Virus record (IMG/VR): IMGVR_UViG_2049941000_000043
Reading direction: 5' to 3' (one strand)
DNA length: 64,000 nt
Origin: an uncultured virus (IMG/VR IMGVR_UViG_2049941000_000043)
Lineage: Duplodnaviria; Heunggongvirae; Uroviricota; Caudoviricetes
Shown here: in pieces, positions 59,471 through 64,000 of the stretch
Numbering within the stretch: position 1 is the stretch's first letter
Layout: every line of letters begins with the position of its first letter
Notes under the pieces: model-generated
The model's input: only the letters and a program-made list of their open reading frames with translations
What the model was told of the DNA's origin: nothing
Database searches by the model: none
Made by a program: the position numbers and the translations under genes

Positions 59471-59751
59471 AGATCCTGAAGAAAGAACCCGGCAAGGGTT
59501 ACTACGCGAAGGAGATCCCGAACACGCTGGAGGCCATGCAGGCCGAAGTGGGCGGGTACATCGAGACGGTGACGGTCGACAGGACTTGCTGCATCGTCTG
59601 CGACGATGAGGGGCGCATCAAGGAGCTGCCCTACAACACCACGCTCGGCGGTATCGAGTTCTACGGCCCCATCTTCATTGTGGGAACAAAGAATGACGGC
59701 TTCTGCGATGTGCCGAAGCTCGTCCAGCAGATCCTGGAGGTGACAGCATGA
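59467..59751 (+). CDS. DUF3846-like protein
   Basis: NTLEAMQAEVGGYIE, CDDEGR..LPYN. Confidence 0.75.
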   Translation: MKILKKEPGKGYYAKEIPNTLEAMQAEVGGYIETVTVDRTCCIVCDDEGRIKELPYNTTLGGIEFYGPIFIVGTKNDGFCDVPKLVQQILEVTA

Positions 59752-60230
59752 CACTGTATGAGATCGCGCAGGAGATGGCCACCCTCATCGACCCGGAGAC
59801 CGGGGAGATCCGGGACTACGAAGCCTTTGAAGAGCTTCAGATGGCCAGAGACGAGAAGATAGACAACACGGCGAAGTGGATCATCGAGCTGGAGGCCGAG
59901 GCGAAGATGGTCAAGGAGAGAGCGGACGAGCTGACCGAGAGGGCCAGAGCGGCGAAGAAGAAGGCCGAACGGCTGCGTGAGTTCCTGCAGGAGTATCTCG
60001 CCGGAGAGAAGCGCAAGACGGCGGACTACACCATCGGCTACAGAAAGACGAAGGCCGTGGAGATCACGGACGAGAAGGCGGCGGAGATGTGGCTTGTCGA
60101 GCATTGCTTCTTTGACTGCATGAAGACCACCACCACGCTGAACAAGACCGCCATGAAGAAGCACATCGAGTTTGGCGACCAGATCCCCGGTGCTGAACTC
60201 GTAGAGCGGCAGACGATGCAGGTGAAGTGA
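59748..60230 (+). CDS. Siphovirus Gp157-like protein
   Basis: MTLYEI, DPETGEI, coiled coil, IPGAELVE. Confidence 0.85.
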   Translation: MTLYEIAQEMATLIDPETGEIRDYEAFEELQMARDEKIDNTAKWIIELEAEAKMVKERADELTERARAAKKKAERLREFLQEYLAGEKRKTADYTIGYRKTKAVEITDEKAAEMWLVEHCFFDCMKTTTTLNKTAMKKHIEFGDQIPGAELVERQTMQVK

Positions 60231-60520
60231 TGGTGAAAGTGATCATACACACGAAGGGCAAGACCCTCCGAGACAAGGTCATGAACGTGACCAGGAAGTG
60301 CATGGAGCTGAAGGATCAGTTCCCCTGCTTCTCGTGGGAGTTCCAGAACTACAGAGGCAGGCTGACCTTCACGGCGGCGCACTGGAGCGGAGACGAGCGG
60401 GAGGAGTTCCAGTTCCCGCTCCATCTGGTCGAAGTCAACGAGGACTACAAGTACATCATGGATCAGCTGAACGAGCTGAAGTGGTCGGCTCTGTTCTACG
60501 AGGAGGAGAACAATGGATAA
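60227..60520 (+). CDS. Hypothetical protein
   Basis: Translationally coupled ORF. Confidence 0.55.
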   Translation: MMVKVIIHTKGKTLRDKVMNVTRKCMELKDQFPCFSWEFQNYRGRLTFTAAHWSGDEREEFQFPLHLVEVNEDYKYIMDQLNELKWSALFYEEENNG

Positions 60521-61103
60521 CTACTTTCAGGAGCTGTACAGCGTCAACGTGAACGACAAGGTCGAAAAGAAGAACGGCCTGTCCTACGTTTCCTGGCCCT
60601 TCGCATGGGCAGAAATCAAGAAACGCCACCCGGATGCCACATACACGATCTACGAGAACGCGAACGGCTGGAATTACCACACCGACGGCTCAACCGCATG
60701 GGTGAAGACCGGCGTGACGGTGAACGGCATCGAGCACATCGAGTATTTGCCGATCATGGACACCCGGAACCGCTCCATCCCGGCGGAGAGCGTGACGAGC
60801 TTTGACGTGAACAAGGCCATCCAGAGATCCCTGACGAAGGCCTGCGCCCGCCACGGCCTCGGCTTGTACATCTACGCCGGCGAGGATCTGCCGGAGGATG
60901 CCGGGACGATGAGCGACACATACAAGACCGGCAAGCCGTACCAGACCATCGTCTGCGAGGGATGCGGGAAGGAGATCCAGCCGACCCGGAACAGCAAGGG
61001 GCAGATCCAGAGCGTGGAAGGTCAGGTGGAGTTCTCGCAGAAGAGCTTCGGCAAGAACTACTGCCTCGCCTGCGCCCAGGAAGCCTGGAGCGGTAAGAAG
61101 TGA
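60513..61103 (+). CDS. Sak3/DUF1071-type single-strand annealing protein with C-terminal Zn finger
   Basis: LSYVSWPFAW, NKAIQRSLTKACARHGLGLYIYAGEDLP; CxxC...CxxC. Confidence 0.85.
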   Translation: MDNYFQELYSVNVNDKVEKKNGLSYVSWPFAWAEIKKRHPDATYTIYENANGWNYHTDGSTAWVKTGVTVNGIEHIEYLPIMDTRNRSIPAESVTSFDVNKAIQRSLTKACARHGLGLYIYAGEDLPEDAGTMSDTYKTGKPYQTIVCEGCGKEIQPTRNSKGQIQSVEGQVEFSQKSFGKNYCLACAQEAWSGKK

Positions 61104-61447
61104 TGGAGCTATACGAGGAGCTTGACAGCAAGAAGAAACAGCTGGACGCGTCCATCAAACAGCTCCGGAAGAACGGCACGGAGTACGCGGAGGCGGAGAG
61201 GGCTTACAAAGTCCTCCTCCGCACCGAGTGCATGAAGCTCCGGGACGAGGGGATGGCCATCGGCATGATCAGCCTGACCTGCTACGGCATCCCCTCCGTG
61301 GCGGAGGCCCGATTCCGGCGCGACATAGCGAAGACCGTCTATGAGGCGAATCAGGAAGCCATCAACTCCCTGAAGCTCCAGCTCCGGCTGATCGAGAGCC
61401 AAATCCAACGAGAATGGGGGTCACCGTCATCGCAAAATCTATCGTAA
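61100..61447 (+). CDS. Hypothetical coiled-coil protein
   Basis: YAEAERAYK...IQREW. Confidence 0.6.
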   Translation: MMELYEELDSKKKQLDASIKQLRKNGTEYAEAERAYKVLLRTECMKLRDEGMAIGMISLTCYGIPSVAEARFRRDIAKTVYEANQEAINSLKLQLRLIESQIQREWGSPSSQNLS

Positions 61448-61725
61448 GCAACGAGCGGCAGTGCTTCATCTGCCACGACACCCGCACCCTGCACAAGCAT
61501 CACATCTATGGCGGCATAGGACGGCGGGAGTGGTCGGAGAAGTTCGGCTGCTGGGTGTATCTCTGCCCCTGGCATCACAACATGAGCGACAGCGGAGTGC
61601 ACTTCAACAAGGTGCTGGATCTGAAGCTGAAGCAGTGGTGCCAGCGCAAATTTGAGGAAGAACACAGCCGGCAAGAGTTCCGGCGGTACTTTGGAAGATC
61701 ATATCTTGAGGAGGAAGACAAATGA
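61414..61725 (+). CDS. HNH-like zinc-binding protein
   Basis: CFICH...HKHHIY...LCPWHH...FGRSYL. Confidence 0.7.
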   Translation: MGVTVIAKSIVSNERQCFICHDTRTLHKHHIYGGIGRREWSEKFGCWVYLCPWHHNMSDSGVHFNKVLDLKLKQWCQRKFEEEHSRQEFRRYFGRSYLEEEDK

Positions 61726-62087
61726 ATAGCATCAGCGTTATAGGCAGGCTCACGGCAGATCCGGAGCTTCGGAAGACACAGAGCGGCATCCCGGTGGCCT
61801 CGTTCACCCTGGCTGTGGACAGGCCCCATGTGAAGGACACCACGGACTTCTTCAGCTGCGTGGCATGGCGGCAGACCGGCGAGTTCGTCGCCCAGTACTT
61901 CACCAAGGGCAGAAAGATGGGCGTGACCGGCTCCATGCAGTCCAGGAAGTACGAAGACAAGGACGGCAACAAGCGCACCGTCTGGGAGCTTGTGGTGGAT
62001 CAGGTGGACTTCTGCGACAAGAAGACCGACAGCCAGCCGGCAGACTTTGAGCCGGTTGAGGTGGACGATGGGGAGCTGCCGTTCTGA
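61722..62087 (+). CDS. ssb: Single-stranded DNA-binding protein
   Basis: GRLTADPELR; ELPF tail. Confidence 0.93.
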   Translation: MNSISVIGRLTADPELRKTQSGIPVASFTLAVDRPHVKDTTDFFSCVAWRQTGEFVAQYFTKGRKMGVTGSMQSRKYEDKDGNKRTVWELVVDQVDFCDKKTDSQPADFEPVEVDDGELPF

Positions 62088-62938
62088 TGGCAGAGAGGAG
62101 AATGTTCGCGAAGACGATCATCGACAGCGACGCCTTCCTCGATATGCCGGCATCGGCGCAGGCCCTCTACTTCCACCTCGCCATGAGGGCCGACGACGAT
62201 GGGTTCATCAACAACCCGAAGAAGGTGATGCGGATCGTCGGCGCGTCGAACGATGACGCGAAGATCCTGCTGACGAAGCGGTTCCTGCTTGAGTTCGATT
62301 CCGGCATCATCGTGATCAAGCACTGGTGGATGCACAACTACATCCAGAAGGACAGATACAAGCCGACCGTGTACCAGGAGGAGCGGGCGCAGCTCTCCAA
62401 AAAACCGAACGGCGCGTACACCTTCGGAGAGGGTGAAAAACTCTTGGATACAGAATGTATACAAGATGTATCCAAAGTGGAAGCACAGGATAGGTTAGGT
62501 AAGGATAGAGATAGAGATAGGTTAGAGTTAGAGTTAGGTGAGAGTAAGAGAAAGATAGACAGTACTGTCAATCTTGCAGACACGCGCGCGCGAGATCCGT
62601 TCTCCGCTTTTGTGATGAATCAGGATGACCAGGACTTGACGGATGCCATCCTCACTTGGCAGTCGGAGATGGCTGGCAGCGGGTCACCGCTTTCGCCGAA
62701 AGAACAGGGAGAGATCCTGGACAAGCTCCGGCTGGAGTTTCCTCGGGCGGAGTGGCTGCCAGCGATCAGAAGAAGCGCGGAGCGGAAGTGGCGCACCGTC
62801 TACCCTCGGAAGGAAGACAAGAAGGCCGTGGCACAGAAGAAGCAGAAGGACGCATGGAGCGAACCTGTGCCGGCAGAGGAGACGGAACGGCTGCTCCGGA
62901 AGATCAAGGAGATGGAGGCGTGGAATGAGACTGATTGA
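62087..62938 (+). CDS. Replisome organiser/replication initiator
   Basis: MAERRMFAKTIIDSDAFLDMP...ADDDGF; internal purine-rich repeats at about 62489-62538. Confidence 0.85.
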   Translation: MAERRMFAKTIIDSDAFLDMPASAQALYFHLAMRADDDGFINNPKKVMRIVGASNDDAKILLTKRFLLEFDSGIIVIKHWWMHNYIQKDRYKPTVYQEERAQLSKKPNGAYTFGEGEKLLDTECIQDVSKVEAQDRLGKDRDRDRLELELGESKRKIDSTVNLADTRARDPFSAFVMNQDDQDLTDAILTWQSEMAGSGSPLSPKEQGEILDKLRLEFPRAEWLPAIRRSAERKWRTVYPRKEDKKAVAQKKQKDAWSEPVPAEETERLLRKIKEMEAWNETD

Positions 62939-63185
62939 TTTAATCAGCCGACAGGCGGCGATTGACGCGATGTATATGGGATGTTATTTAACTCCAAAAG
63001 ATAGGAGCGATTTGGTCAAAGCATTAGAGCGGTTGCCAACCATAGATGCCGTTGAGGTTGTGCGGTGTAAGGAGTGCAAGATGGCAAACTCTTGTTCAGA
63101 CGATAGAGAAATGTACTGCACGTTGAACCATTGCTATAAGCGAAATAATTATTTCTGCGCTGATGGGAGGAGAACGAATGAGTGA
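62925..63185 (+). CDS. Cys-rich accessory protein
   Basis: ISRQAAIDA, PTIDAVEVVRCKEC, FCADG. Confidence 0.65.
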   Translation: MRLIDLISRQAAIDAMYMGCYLTPKDRSDLVKALERLPTIDAVEVVRCKECKMANSCSDDREMYCTLNHCYKRNNYFCADGRRTNE

Positions 63186-63380
63186 TTTAATCAGCCGCCA
63201 GACGGCGATTGATGCGGTGCATCAGGAATTTGATGAATGCCTTGTCTGGGATGAAAGCGGGCAGACTACAGCGGATGAAGTGGAGCGTATTCTTGACTAC
63301 TTGCCATCCGCAGAGCCGAGGTGGATTCCTGTGACGGAGCGGTTGCCGAAGATTGACATGAGTTATCCGCATCATGAGGA
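63178..63380 (+). CDS. DUF551-like protein (truncated by gap)
   Basis: MSDLISRQTAIDA...WIPVTERLP. Confidence 0.65.
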
Positions 63381-64000
63381 NNNNNNNNNNNNNNNNNNNN
63401 NNNNNNNNNNNNNNNNNNNNNNNNNNNNNNNNNNNNNNNNNNNNNNNNNNNNNNNNNNNNNNNNNNNNNNNNNNNNNNNNNNNNNNNNNNNNNNNNNNNN
63501 NNNNNNNNNNNNNNNNNNNNNNNNNNNNNNNNNNNNNNNNNNNNNNNNNNNNNNNNNNNNNNNNNNNNNNNNNNNNNNNNNNNNNNNNNNNNNNNNNNNN
63601 NNNNNNNNNNNNNNNNNNNNNNNNNNNNNNNNNNNNNNNNNNNNNNNNNNNNNNNNNNNNNNNNNNNNNNNNNNNNNNNNNNNNNNNNNNNNNNNNNNNN
63701 NNNNNNNNNNNNNNNNNNNNNNNNNNNNNNNNNNNNNNNNNNNNNNNNNNNNNNNNNNNNNNNNNNNNNNNNNNNNNNNNNNNNNNNNNNNNNNNNNNNN
63801 NNNNNNNNNNNNNNNNNNNNNNNNNNNNNNNNNNNNNNNNNNNNNNNNNNNNNNNNNNNNNNNNNNNNNNNNNNNNNNNNNNNNNNNNNNNNNNNNNNNN
63901 NNNNNNNNNNNNNNNNNNNNNNNNNNNNNNNNNNNNNNNNNNNNNNNNNNNNNNNNNNNNNNNNNNNNNNNNNNNNNNNNNNNNNNNNNNNNNNNNNNTT

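Larger units (their letters stand above)
35850..63380 (+). mobile_element. Phage B: temperate siphovirus-like genome with intact attP
   Basis: Second complete terminase-head-tail-lysis set, followed by attP-integrase-repressor and early genes; higher GC. Confidence 0.93.

Noticed and set aside
62489..62538. GATAGA/GTTAGA repeats as a second guide array
   Set aside because: Six-nt, in-frame repeats in the initiator linker (DRDRDRLELEL), typical of phage replication genes/origins

Overview
The window appears to hold two different tailed-phage (siphovirus-like, probably Firmicutes/Clostridia-infecting) genomes joined at a 10-N scaffold gap at 35840-35849. There are many internal N gaps and a terminal N run from 63381. 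Phage A (1-35839, all genes on +) carries an HTH gene and a serine recombinase, terminase, SPP1-type portal/head, tail, accessory fibre genes, holin/amidase, an accessory cluster, and a recombination/replication region ending in a truncated DUF927-type helicase. Phage B (35850-63380, visibly more GC-rich) carries terminase, portal, head and tail, accessory fibre genes related to those of phage A, holin/amidase, an intact attP with a tRNA 3' end, a tyrosine integrase, a repressor/Cro switch and an early operon. The most striking feature lies in phage B's early operon: a stand-alone Cas7/RAMP-like gene (58877-59470), with no other cas gene or CRISPR array, about 240 bp downstream of a ~350-nt non-coding array (58275-58636) built from 5-nt modules of the form N-G-(C/A)-N-N. 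This looks like a phage-encoded RNA-guided system with a gapped, dinucleotide-coded guide. All product calls come from recognising motifs and gene order by eye; no database searches were run.
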